NCBI RefSeq assembly: GCF_036321535.1
Contig: NC_087436.1
Location: forward strand, 119,228,001 to 119,292,000
DNA length: 64,000 bases
Direction: 5' to 3'
Source of the DNA: Camelus dromedarius
Lineage: Eukaryota
Position numbers and translations under genes: made by a program. How positions within the stretch are numbered: the stretch's first letter is position 1; each line of letters starts with the position of its first letter. The notes below the pieces were generated by a model. It ran no database searches, was not told where the DNA came from, and saw nothing but the letters and a program-made list of their open reading frames with translations. Shown here in pieces: positions 53,644-64,000 of the stretch.

Positions 53644-54699
53644 TTGCAGCCAAATGGAGGTCCCCAGAGCTGAGGGCCTGGAGCAAGTTCTCCAGGCCTG
53701 TTTCCTCGTCTGGAAGCTGCAGTGGGACTGCCTGGACTCAATAGAACAACAAAACCTCCTGTGGACCTGCTGGGGGCCGGCCCTGTATCTTCCTCAATGA
53801 CCACAATCCCATGAACCTCCTTACGTGGTTCCCACCAGACAGACTTACGGACCTGAACACTCCTCCAGGTGACTCCAGCTGAGACCCCGATGAGCCTAAA
53901 TTCAGAGCCTAGGAAATCCATGAGCTTAACAAGTGGTTTTTTCAGGCCGCAAAGTCTTGGGGTCATTTGCTCCATAGCCAGAGTAATGGGACCACCCACC
54001 CTACTCTTGAGAGGGGAGCGGCTCAGGACCCCTGGGCAGGGAAAGGGCAAGGGCCTCGGAGTCCGGCCGGCCAGAGTCCGCGGGAGTCTCAGAGGAGGGG
54101 AGGGACCCGCCAGGCGGGGCCATCAGGGAAGGATGCCAGCAGAGTAACCACCGCGCAGGCAGGGAGGCTGAGCCCAGCGCCCTTGGAGAGCTTTGTTAGA
54201 GTGCCAAGTCCAAAGTCGGGGGAGGCCGGAGGTGAGGGAGAGAAGGGGCAGGCCCAGCGGCCTTGGAATACATCTCCAGGAAGATCTAAACAAGGGGAAG
54301 GGCGGGGGAATTTGACTCAGAGACTCTCTGGGGACTGCAGTGGGGAGGATGGGTGGGAGGATCCTGGTCAGAGGCCGGCCAACAGTGAGGAGGGTAAAGC
54401 CTACAAACACTGGATCCCAGCATCCCAGGCAGGTGGGTCTGCCTTAGGGCCCCCTCCTCCTTATTCCCCTTCCCCTCCCTCTTCCTGGTCCTGCCTACGG
54501 GGCTTCCAGGGACTGACCCAGCTTCCTAGCGCTTTGACCCCGTGAAGGACATGCCCCAGCCTGAAGAGCAGGTACTATGTTCTGGTCACTGGCCAGGGGC
54601 ACTTTGAGGGTTCTCTTTCCCAACAGCCGCTGTGAGTAAGCCCACCCTGCGTGTCCTGACCAAGTCAGATTTTTTCACCACACCCTGGAATAACCAGAT

Positions 54700-54730
54700 T
54701 TCTCTCTCTCTCTCTCTCTCTCTCTGTCTT

Positions 54731-54769
<39 letters not shown>

Positions 54770-54794
54770 CACACACACACACATGTACACACAC
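54700..54794 (+). repeat. compound (CT)n-(CA)n microsatellite followed by a MIR-like fragment
   Basis: Direct inspection; downstream ctcagtttcctcatctgcagagtgggg is the MIR core. Confidence 0.9.
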
Positions 54795-56103
54795 CATGGT
54801 GGTGAAACACAGGCACGGGGCTCAGACAGACCTGGGTTCCATTCCTGGTTCCATTCCATTCCATTATTTACCAGCTGTAAACCTGGCCAAGTTACTGACA
54901 CTCTGACCCTCAGTTTCCTCATCTGCAGAGTGGGGTTACTAAGGGTACCTGATTCATGGGATTGTTGAGGGGCCGTTGGCCCAGGAGTACAGAGGTCCTC
55001 GTGTGGCTGGTGTTATTCACCAGACAGCATCTTTCATGTAAGAATTTAACATTTCTTCTCTGTCCTATGCGGTGCAGAAGGAGGAGGGAAGGGAGATGGG
55101 AGGGCGTGTGGGGGCTGGGGGGTGGACTATAAATGTTGACTCACTATATCTATACATGCCTGTGGCTCTGGGTCCAGCCCCCACCCCTCAAGAAGCCTTG
55201 GGAAGGTTGCAGATGGAAAGCCCAGCGTGTCCTCCGTTTCAGGCCGTGCCGGGCCTCCCCGTAATAAAGACCTGTTTCTTCCTGGCCGCTCGCTTGGCCT
55301 GGAGACTGAAGGCCCAGTGAGCAATTCCGAGCTCCCGCCTGCCCACCCTGGACACACTCAGGCCTTCTGTCCCTGCAGCGTCCTGTGGGGCGCTCACAAT
55401 GCGGCCCTGTTCTCCCCTCCACTCCGCCGCCTGCTCCTCCGGCTTCTCAGGGAGGAGCTGTGCCAGCTGGGGGGAGGGCTGCCTCTGCTGGTTTCCAGGA
55501 AGACACACGCGCTGTGTGTGGCCAGAGACAGGGCACCTCCTCGCTGGCAACCCCTTCAAATTAGGGGGTGATTTGTTACGGGCAAAACACGTGTTCATCA
55601 GGCAGGGCCGCTGGTCAGCCCGCTGGAAAGCAGGCTTCCTGCTGAGCCTGGAACACACAAGCCCGCTCAGGCACAGGGCCTTTGCACGGCTGTTCCTCTG
55701 CTGTCTGTGGGGCTGCCTCCCCCTGTCCTTCAAGCCTGAGCTTAAGCAGTTACTCCTTGGACTAGGATCTGCCACCACTGACCCCAGCGTGTCTCACGGC
55801 CCTGTTTGATTTTTCCCCATGTATTGAGCATTTGTCTTGTCCCTCAATAGAGGGTCAGCTTCACAGGTCAAAGAGCTGTCTGTCTTGTTCATGCGCATTC
55901 CCCAAAGCCCAGCACAGGGCCTGGCTCGAGAAGGCCACAGTCAAGATTTGCTAGAAGAACAATTGAGTAAACAAATCAACTACCCTCTTGAGAAATCGAG
56001 CTATGAATCAGTGAGGCCATGATTCAACGGATCAATGACTTTGTTAATGAGATCAGGGCACACGGGCAGGAACCTTTGACTTATATGTCTATGTTTTTAT
56101 TGT

Positions 56104-56215
56104 GGGGGGGGGGTAACTTATTTTATTTATTTATTTTTAGTGGAGGTACCAGGGATTGAACCCAGGACCTGGTGCATGTTAAGCATGCGCTCTACCACTT
56201 GAACTATATCCACTC
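56104..56215 (-). mobile_element. vic-1-like tRNA SINE
   Basis: gggattgaacccaggacctggtgcatgttaagcatgcgctctaccacttgaactatatcc. Confidence 0.85.
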
Positions 56216-56504
56216 ACCTCTGATATGTCTATCTTTAATCATCTGATCTTCCCCACTCACGTCTAAGCCTTTCTGGGGTAGTCGTGGGGCCAGTGGATGG
56301 ACAGAAGGACCTAAAGCCATGAGCAAAGAAAACCGGCAGGAAAAGAGGCTGGTGCTTTTATGGATCAAGGACTGAGACAGGGGCTCCTAGGGGAGAGCTA
56401 GTCAGGGAAGGCTACCTGGAGGAGGTGAGGCAATCCTCTGGAAAGGAAATGTCATTCAGCAGGGGCGGGAGCTGTGTGAGCAATCCATGCAAAAGCCAAC
56501 CCTC

Positions 56505-57560
56505 TGCAAGGGGTGTTGAGAAAGCTGGACAGCCGCGTGCAAACTAGTAAGGTTAGAACATTCACTCACACCATACACAAAAATAAACTCAAAAGGGCTT
56601 AAAGACTTAAACATAAGACAAGACACCATCAATCTCCTAGATGAAAACATAGGCAAAACATTCTGTGACATAAATCATAGAAATGTCTTCCTAGGTCAGT
56701 CTACCAAGGCAAAAGAAATTAAAGCAAAAATAAACAAATGGGACCGAATCAAACTTCTAAACTTTTGCACAGCAAAAGAAACTATAAACAAGACGAAAAG
56801 ACAACCTATAGACTGGGAGAAAATGTTTGGAAATGATGTGACCGACAAGGGTTTGATTTCCATAATACACAGATATCTCGCTCCCTCCTCTTCGGAGACG
56901 GCCCACACACTGCCTATGGAGTGTATACCTACTTTTACTTTAACCTGAGCACCCAACCCCCACATCTTGTGGCTTTTCTCTTGCCTTCTGAAACAGCCTT
57001 CACTCTATACAGTATGTATCTCTCTAAATAAATCTACAAAGAAAAAAAAAGCATGATTGAATAAAGAAGATGTGGTGTCTATGTACACAACGGAATACTA
57101 CTTAGTTATAAAAAAAGAACGAAATAATGCCATTTGCAGCAATATAGATGGACCTAGAGATGATTATATTAAGTAAATCAGACAAAGATAAATATCATAT
57201 GAATCACTTTTATGTGGATTCTAAAAAAATGATACAAATGAGCTTATTTACAAAACAGAAATAGACTCACACATAGAAAGCAAATTTATGGTTACTAAAG
57301 GGGAAAGGGTGGAGAGGGATAAATTAGGAGTTTGGGATTAACAGACACACATTACTATGTATAAAATAGATAAACAACAAGGACCTATTGTAGAGCACAG
57401 AGGACTGCTATCAATATTTTGTAATAACCTATAATGGAAAAGAATCTGAAAAAGCATATATATACATATATATAAAACTGAATCACTTTGCTGTACACTT
57501 GAAACTAACACAACGTTGTAAATTAACTATACTTCAACTAAACATAAATAAAAATAAATG
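56505..57560 (+). mobile_element. 5'-truncated LINE-1 interrupted by a polyadenylated LTR-like fragment (~56872-57050)
   Basis: Same L1 family as 470-2060; foreign segment ends aataaatctacaaagaaaaaaaaa. Confidence 0.85.
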
Positions 57561-57569
57561 AATTAATTT

Positions 57570-57681
57570 GTGAGGTAGGTAACTATGTTTATTTTTATTT
57601 ATTTGTTAATGTACTGGGGATGGAACCCAGGACCTCATGCATGCTAACTAGCAGCTCTACCACTGAGCTATACCCTCCCCC
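57570..57681 (-). mobile_element. vic-1-like tRNA SINE
   Basis: gtactggggatggaacccaggacctcatgcatgcta...ctgagctataccctccccc. Confidence 0.85.
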
Positions 57682-58560
57682 AAATAAATTAATTTTTTTA
57701 AAACCCAAAGACCATCCCTCTGAGGGGACAGGGAGCTAGCCTTGGGCTCAGCAGAGCTGGTACAAAGATGAGGCCTGGATTTGCTCTGCAAGGTCTCAAA
57801 GACCAGGGTCAGTGGAAGCCCAGGAGGACCAATTTCATTTCAGTATAGGGGGACATGTCCCAGGGCAGAACCATGCAGAGACGGGATGAATTGCCTGAGG
57901 AAGGAATGAGCTCTCTGTCCCTGGGGGTATGTTAGCTACATCGGGAGAGGAATAGGGGGCTAACCTAGACAGAATAGTTGCAAAATCTCTTCTAATCCAG
58001 AGAACCTCTGGGTCTATAATTGAAAATTGTCTAATGCAGACAGAGGAAGTATTAATCAGATAACACCAATATACTACTAACATAAATGTGCATCCAGATG
58101 ATCATTACTGTTTTTAAATAATGGACCGTGTCTCATAAATTCCACTTTTTGAAAGCTACCCTAATGCAATCAGCATGTGTGTGTTCAGACACTTTGCTGT
58201 AAGAAAGCTCAATGCAGTATTGTTTGTAACAGAAGAAAATTGGAAACAGCCTGCAAGTTCATTTATATATTCATTTTCTGTCTCCCTCTCTAGACTGAGC
58301 TCCAGGAGGGTGGGCGCTTGTCTGTCTCATTCACTGCTCTATAGGTCAGATCTAGTGGGTACAAAAGATACAATGCAATCTTTTTTTTTTTTAAGAAATT
58401 TTTGTATTCTTTAATGAGGGGTGGGGCAGAGTGAGAGAGACAGAGAAATACAAGAAATGCTTCAAAATATTAACAGTGATTGTTTCTGGGAAATGGAATT
58501 AAAGGTAATTTTTGTTTTCTTCTTTATGCCGTATGATATAAAAAATGTTTGTAATGTGTA

Positions 58561-58850
58561 CAATCTCAGATAAACAATCTAACCCACCAGCTAAAAGAAC
58601 TAGAAAAAGAAGAGCAAAAAAACCCAAAAGTCAGCAGAAGGAAGGAAATAATAAAGATCAGGGAGGAAATAAATAAAATAGAGATTAAAAAAAAATAGAA
58701 AAAAAATCAATCAAACCAAAAGCTGGTTTTTTGAAAGATAAATAAAAGTAACAAACCTCTGGCCAAACTCACAAAGAAGAAAAAAGAGAGAGCACAAATA
58801 AGCAAAATAAGAAAGGAAAATGGAGAAATTACAAAAAATAAAATAGAAAT
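58561..58850 (+). mobile_element. isolated internal L1 ORF2 fragment
   Basis: Translates QSQINNLTHQLKELEKEEQKNPKVSRRKEIIKIREEINKIE, the ORF2p region after the endonuclease domain. Confidence 0.85.
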
Positions 58851-59537
58851 GTGAAAAAATTTTTACGAAAAAATAGAATGACATCAGTGTGAAATAATAA
58901 TAATAATTGCTTTATTTGCTGAGCTCTGAGGATGGATTTTTAAAGCCAAACTGAATGACGTAAGACTTTATTCAAATGTCCCTAGTGGCATCCTTTTGCC
59001 ATCTGGCTAGGATGTCACAAGAACAATCTAACTCATCTGGGTGGGGAAGAAAATAATTTTCAGTTTTGCAGTGGCCACTCCCAAAACCATCCCCCCTCCC
59101 AAGACAGCTTTTTAATAACCTCCTCTGGGTGCAGACTTGACCTCTATCAGCGCAAACAAGGCATCCAGCTGTTTGGGTGTTCCCAAAGCACTTCTGCGCA
59201 AGGCAGATAACAAACCACAGAGCACTCTACTGACAGGAAACTGCCTTTGAATTTGTCTTCCAAAACAAGCAAGCTCTCTCACTGCTCAGGGAGCAACTGA
59301 CCTGCCTGGAATTGTCCAAGACTGTGAATGACCCTCTCCATTTCTCCATGGCCAAAGGGAGCAACCTCCACGTGGGGCTGCTCAGAAAGATCGCAGCCAC
59401 TTGCTAGACGTCACCATTCACCATTTATTACCCTGGGAGGCACAGAGCTCCCTGTCCTTGGAAGTGTGCAAGCTGAGGCTGGGAAACCCCTAGTCAGAGG
59501 CATTGAATTCAAGAGTCTGGTTAGGAGCAGTGCCAAG

Positions 59538-59905
59538 GGCTGAACTGTCTTCCCCTCAAATGCATATGGTGAAGTCCTAACCCGCTGTGCGTCAGAGTGT
59601 GACTGTATTTGGAAAGAGGGTCTTTAAAGAGGTGATCAAGTTAGAATGAGGTCACTAGGGTGGGCCTGTATCCAGTAGGACTGGTGTCCTCATAAGCAGA
59701 GGAGACTAGCAGCCAAACACACACAAAGAGAAGATGATACAGAGACACAGGGAGAAGAGGGCCGCCTGCAAGCCAAGGAGAGAGGCTGTAGAACAGCCCT
59801 GCCCTTACCTTGATCTTGGACTCCCACCCTCCAAAATCATAAGAAAGTAAGTTTCTGTTAAGCCCCCGTCTGTGGTCCTTTGCTATGGTGGCCTTGGCAG
59901 GGCAG
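59538..59905. mobile_element. MLT1A/B-like MaLR LTR
   Basis: gggctgaactgtcttcccctcaaatgcatatggtgaagtcctaacc...gtgactgtatttggaaagagggtctttaaagaggtgatcaagtt. Confidence 0.8.
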
Positions 59906-60824
59906 TGTTAGTGTCTCCACTGTCCGAGTGAGAGAGCCATGCTCAGAGGGGTGAAGTCATAAGCCCAGGGTCCCACAGCTACCAGCAGATTCAGATTCAA
60001 GTCCAGGCGCACCTGCCCCGAGTGTTTCCGGGGACCTGTGATTGGCCGTGACAGGTGAATCAGTAGGAGCTTGTACAAGAATTGTCTAGAGGCGGAAGGA
60101 GAATTGGGACAACCCAGGGAAGCCTTCCTAGAGGAGGTGTTGTTAAGCCAGGACTTGGAGGAGTAAACCCTCAGCAGGAGAGAGGAGGGGACGGTCATCC
60201 TCTAGGACAAGGACAAGGACAGCACAGAATCTGCCAGTCGCAGGCTCTGCTCCTGGGAGCCCATGCGTGTGCCTGTCCTGTCAGGCCACACAGAGAAGCA
60301 CCTGCAAACACCACCTCCCCCAGCAGCGGGCTCTGAGGTTCTGACGCCCAAATCACAGCCCTGCCTCTTTCTGGCTGTGTGGTCTTGGAAAAGTTCCACA
60401 ACCTCTCTGAAACATTGTCAAAAGTAAACTTTCTTTATAGGACGCATTCACTCCTCAGGTATATATTCCTTAAGCACCTACTGTGCTCCGGGCACTGCTG
60501 TAGGCACTGAAGAAAGAACAGGGACAGAGCACTGCTCGTGTGGACCCCTCATTCTAGCCGAGGACCCACGAGGAGGAGGTGGATGTGGCCACACGGTCGG
60601 GGAGGCCTCTCTGCAGAGGGGGATCCTGCGGAAGGCTGGGGGCGGGGACTCAAGAGACAGCGATGAGAATTGGGGCCTTCGCCAGTCGGTCAGGGTCAGT
60701 GCTGTTACTCTTAGTCTCATCACACCTCTTCCTCCTCCTGCTGCTGCTGCTGTAGCTTCCACCCTGCCCCTCCTCAGACCAACCATTCCAAGCCACGTCT
60801 CCAAAACCACCTGCTACTTTCTGG

Positions 60825-61692
60825 GTTTTTTTAATTGAAGCCTAGTCGGTTTATAACGTGTTAATTTCTAGTTTGCAGCACAGTGATTCAGTTGTACAGA
60901 TATATGTTCCTTTTCTTATCCTTTTTCATTACAGGTTATTACAAGTTATTGAATACAGTTCCCTGTGCTGCGCAGTAGGATCTTGTTGTTTATCTATTTT
61001 ATGTATAGTAGTGTGTATCTGCAAATCCCAAGCTCCCAATTTATCCCTCCCCATCCCCTTCCCCACTTGCAACCCTAAGTTTGTTTTCTATGACTGTGAG
61101 TCTGTTTCTGTTTTGTAAATAAGTTGATTTGTGTCTTTTTTATTAGGTCATTTTTCTTCTATTTTTTAAAATTATTTTTGTTTCTTTTTGAGGGGGGTAA
61201 TTAGGTGTATTTATTTTAATGTAGATAATGGGGATTGAACTCAGGACCTTGTGAATGCTAAGTGGGCACTCTACCCCTGAGCTATACCCTCCTGCCTTGT
61301 GTCCTTTTTTAATATTCCACATATAAGTGATATTATGTGATATTTGTCTTTCTCTATCTGACTTACTTCACTTATTATGACAATCTCAGATCCATCCATG
61401 TTGCTGCAAATGGCATTATTTCGTTCTTTTTTATGGCTGAGTAGTATTCCATTGTATATATACACCTCATCTTCTTTATCCAATCATCTGTTGATGGACA
61501 TTTAGGTGCTTCCATGTCCTGGATATTGTGAGCAGTGCTGCTATGAACACTGGGGTGCAGGTGTCTTTTTGAATTAGAGTTTCCTCCAGATATATTTCCA
61601 GGAAGTGGGACTTTTGGATCTTATGATAGTAAGTCTATTTTTAGTTTTTTAAGGAATCTCCATACTGTTTTCCATAACAGCTGCACCAAACT
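60825..61692 (-). mobile_element. 5'-truncated LINE-1 with nested vic-1-like SINE (~61185-61291)
   Basis: Same L1 3' end family; SINE text ggggattgaactcaggacc...tgagctataccctcc lies inside it. Confidence 0.85.
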
Positions 61693-61894
61693 AACCTGTT
61701 ACTTTCTTGACATCAAACACAAGAAACCAGCCTTCCTCTCGGCTTAAACCTGAAGTGTGAGTGACCGGAAGGGACTTCAGAAAGGACTCCTTGTCTCTCT
61801 CACCTTCAGTGCCTGGACTTTGGGGACTGAGGGCCCTTCTGGTCTCCCTGCTCTCCAGGTAGTGACTTCCCAGGAAGCCGGGGCCCTGCCAAAT

Positions 61895-62880
61895 AAAGGG
61901 TCTATTACTGGGCTCTCGATTCTGTTCCATCGGTCTACATATCTGTCTTTAAGCCATTACCACACTGCTTTGATAACTGTAGCTTTCTAGCAAGTTTTTA
62001 AATCAGGAGGTGTTAGAACAAAAGAACTTTGTTCTTTTTCAAGATTGTTTTCACTCTTTGAGGTCCCTTGAGATTCCATATGAATTTTAGGATGGATTTT
62101 TCTATTTCTACAATAAATGTTGTTTGGCATTTAGGTTGCTTCCATGTCTTGGCTGCTGTAAATGGCTTGGCTTTTATGTGAATTGCACTGAAACTGTAGA
62201 TCACTTTGGGTAGTATGATATCTTAACAGTATTAAAGATAAATGTGTTTTTTTTTATGGTATTTAGTTCTGCAGCTGCTGTGAAAAACAGCTTGGCAGTT
62301 CCTCAGAAAGGGAAACAGAATTGCAAGATGACTCAGCAATTCTACTCCTAGGTATGTATCCAAAAGAGCTGAAAGCAAGACCCAAACAAATAACTTGTAC
62401 ACCCATGTTCAGCATTTTTCACAACAGCCAAAAAATGGAAGCAGCCCAGCTATCCATCATTAAATGAATAGGTAAACAAAACGTGGTCTGTCCATATGAT
62501 GGAGTATTATTCAGCCGTAAAAAGGAATGGACTTCTGACGCATGCTACAACATGGATCTACCTTGAAAACGTCATGCTAAGTGAAATAAGCCAGACACAA
62601 AAGAACAAATATGATTCTACTTACATGAGGTTCCTAGAATAGACAAATTCATGGAGGTAGAAAGTAGAATAAAGGCTACATGGAGTGAGGGGCAGGGAGG
62701 AATGGGAAACTCTCAGCAGATCAGAGTTTTTGTTTGGGATGATGAAAAAAAGTTCTGGAACTAGATAATGGTGATGGTACACAACTTAATGCCCCTGAAT
62801 CGTACACTTAAAATGGTTAAAATGATCAACTTTATGTTACATAACACAAACATGTTTTACTACTATAAAAAAAAGTTTTA
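61895..62880. mobile_element. old L1 fragments, inverted and direct
   Basis: Minus ORF ([16 protein letters not shown]) followed by plus-strand L1MB-like 3' end. Confidence 0.75.
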
Positions 62881-63221
62881 AAAGATGACATTTTGTCCCT
62901 GATTACCAAAGTAATACAGCATTATAAAAGACTACTTGAAAATACAGAAAAACACACAGAATAAAATGTTTTAAAATCACCCTTTGAGAAATATTTTTGA
63001 AATGCAGGGAAAGGATGCAAAATGAAAATAGACACCATCTGTGGTAGCAAAGACCCGCCCATCAGGAGGAGAGCAGCTCAGTGAATTATGATTATGCACT
63101 CGGTAGATGCGCTTCCACACAGCAGTGAGCCATGAGGGCTGTATCCACGCTATGCGTGAAGTATGGAAAGGATACAAAAGTACTCACACAGTGTGTTTAA
63201 ACTCTATCAAGATGCACAGGT

Positions 63222-63362
63222 GGGGGAGTGTACAGCTCAAGTGGCAGAGCGCATGCTTAGCATCACAAGGTCCTGGGTTCAATCCTCTAAAAATAAATAA
63301 ATAAATAAACCTAATTACCCCCTCCATCAAAATAAATAAATAAGTAAATAAACAAATAAAAT
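63222..63362 (+). mobile_element. vic-1-like tRNA SINE
   Basis: ggggagtgtacagctcaagtggcagagcgcatgcttagcatcacaaggtcctgggttcaatcc plus (aaat)n tail. Confidence 0.85.
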
Positions 63363-64000
63363 GTTTAAAATGTGCATGGCATTGAAATGTTTTCAAAGTT
63401 TTTAATAGCTTGAAAAAAATTCAATCCATGATTGTAGGTGGAAAAGACTATGGAATTGTGTAAGAAAATGGTTACAATATTATGTATGATATAGTTATGA
63501 AAAATATAATGGCTTTTTTAAAAGACTGGAAGGAAATACACCAACATGTTTGGTGTGTTGTCTTTAAATTCCGGTACAAGGAGCCATTTTCCTTTCCTTT
63601 TTCATCCCCGCCTTTTTCTTTCTTTCTCTTTTAACATCTTTATCACAAGGAGGCTGTGTAGCTGTTATAATTTTTTAAAGTTTTTCTTAATCTTTTTTTT
63701 CTCCCATGAAAATCGAAAGCTCATCAAAATGCAAAATTGTGCTCCTGTTGGGTGAGATTAGAGGTGAATTTTTCCTCTTTTCCTTTTTCAAAATTTTTGA
63801 TTTGCTTTATTATATCACTGTTACAGTCAACTCTCTGTGCACGTAATTGTTAATACATCCAATGGGGCCACTTTCTTATCACCTTCCCACCACCCTGCCC
63901 CAAGCCCATTTCCAGATGGCCTGAGACCTAAGCTTATCTGGGAACCACAGTGTGGCAGTTGACAACTATCCTTTCTTGTTATTCTGAGTCAGCAAATCCC

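Noticed and set aside
53480..55809. Several 100-190 aa ORFs in GC-rich intergenic DNA
   Set aside because: Low-complexity translations, no recognisable domain or convincing exon structure.

Overview
Eutherian genomic DNA, most likely camelid: it carries seven tRNA-derived SINEs resembling the camelid vic-1 family plus artiodactyl-type L1 3' ends. The window is syntenic with human 4p16.1: MRFAP1 (+, CDS 7239-7622), a frameshifted MRFAP1L2/LOC93622-like paralog (+, ~22.0-24.0 kb), a decayed S100P (+, exon 1 ~26783, exon 2 29416-29565), MRFAP1L1 (-, CDS 37249-36851) and BLOC1S4 (+, CDS 43499-44146). All but S100P sit in CpG islands. The remainder is L1, L2, MaLR/ERV LTR, DNA-transposon and simple repeats. 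Main observations: (1) MRFAP1 and MRFAP1L1 share a 323-bp perfectly identical inverted tract inside otherwise diverged genes, suggesting recent gene conversion. (2) MRFAP1L1 has a C-terminal frameshift that moves its stop into the 3'UTR splice donor, so the C-terminus would depend on splicing. (3) S100P and MRFAP1L2 look pseudogenised. (4) A near-identical divergent CTCF-like motif pair lies at ~53.4-53.6 kb. Gene identities and human comparisons rest on recalled sequences, not searches. Repeat family names and boundaries are approximate.
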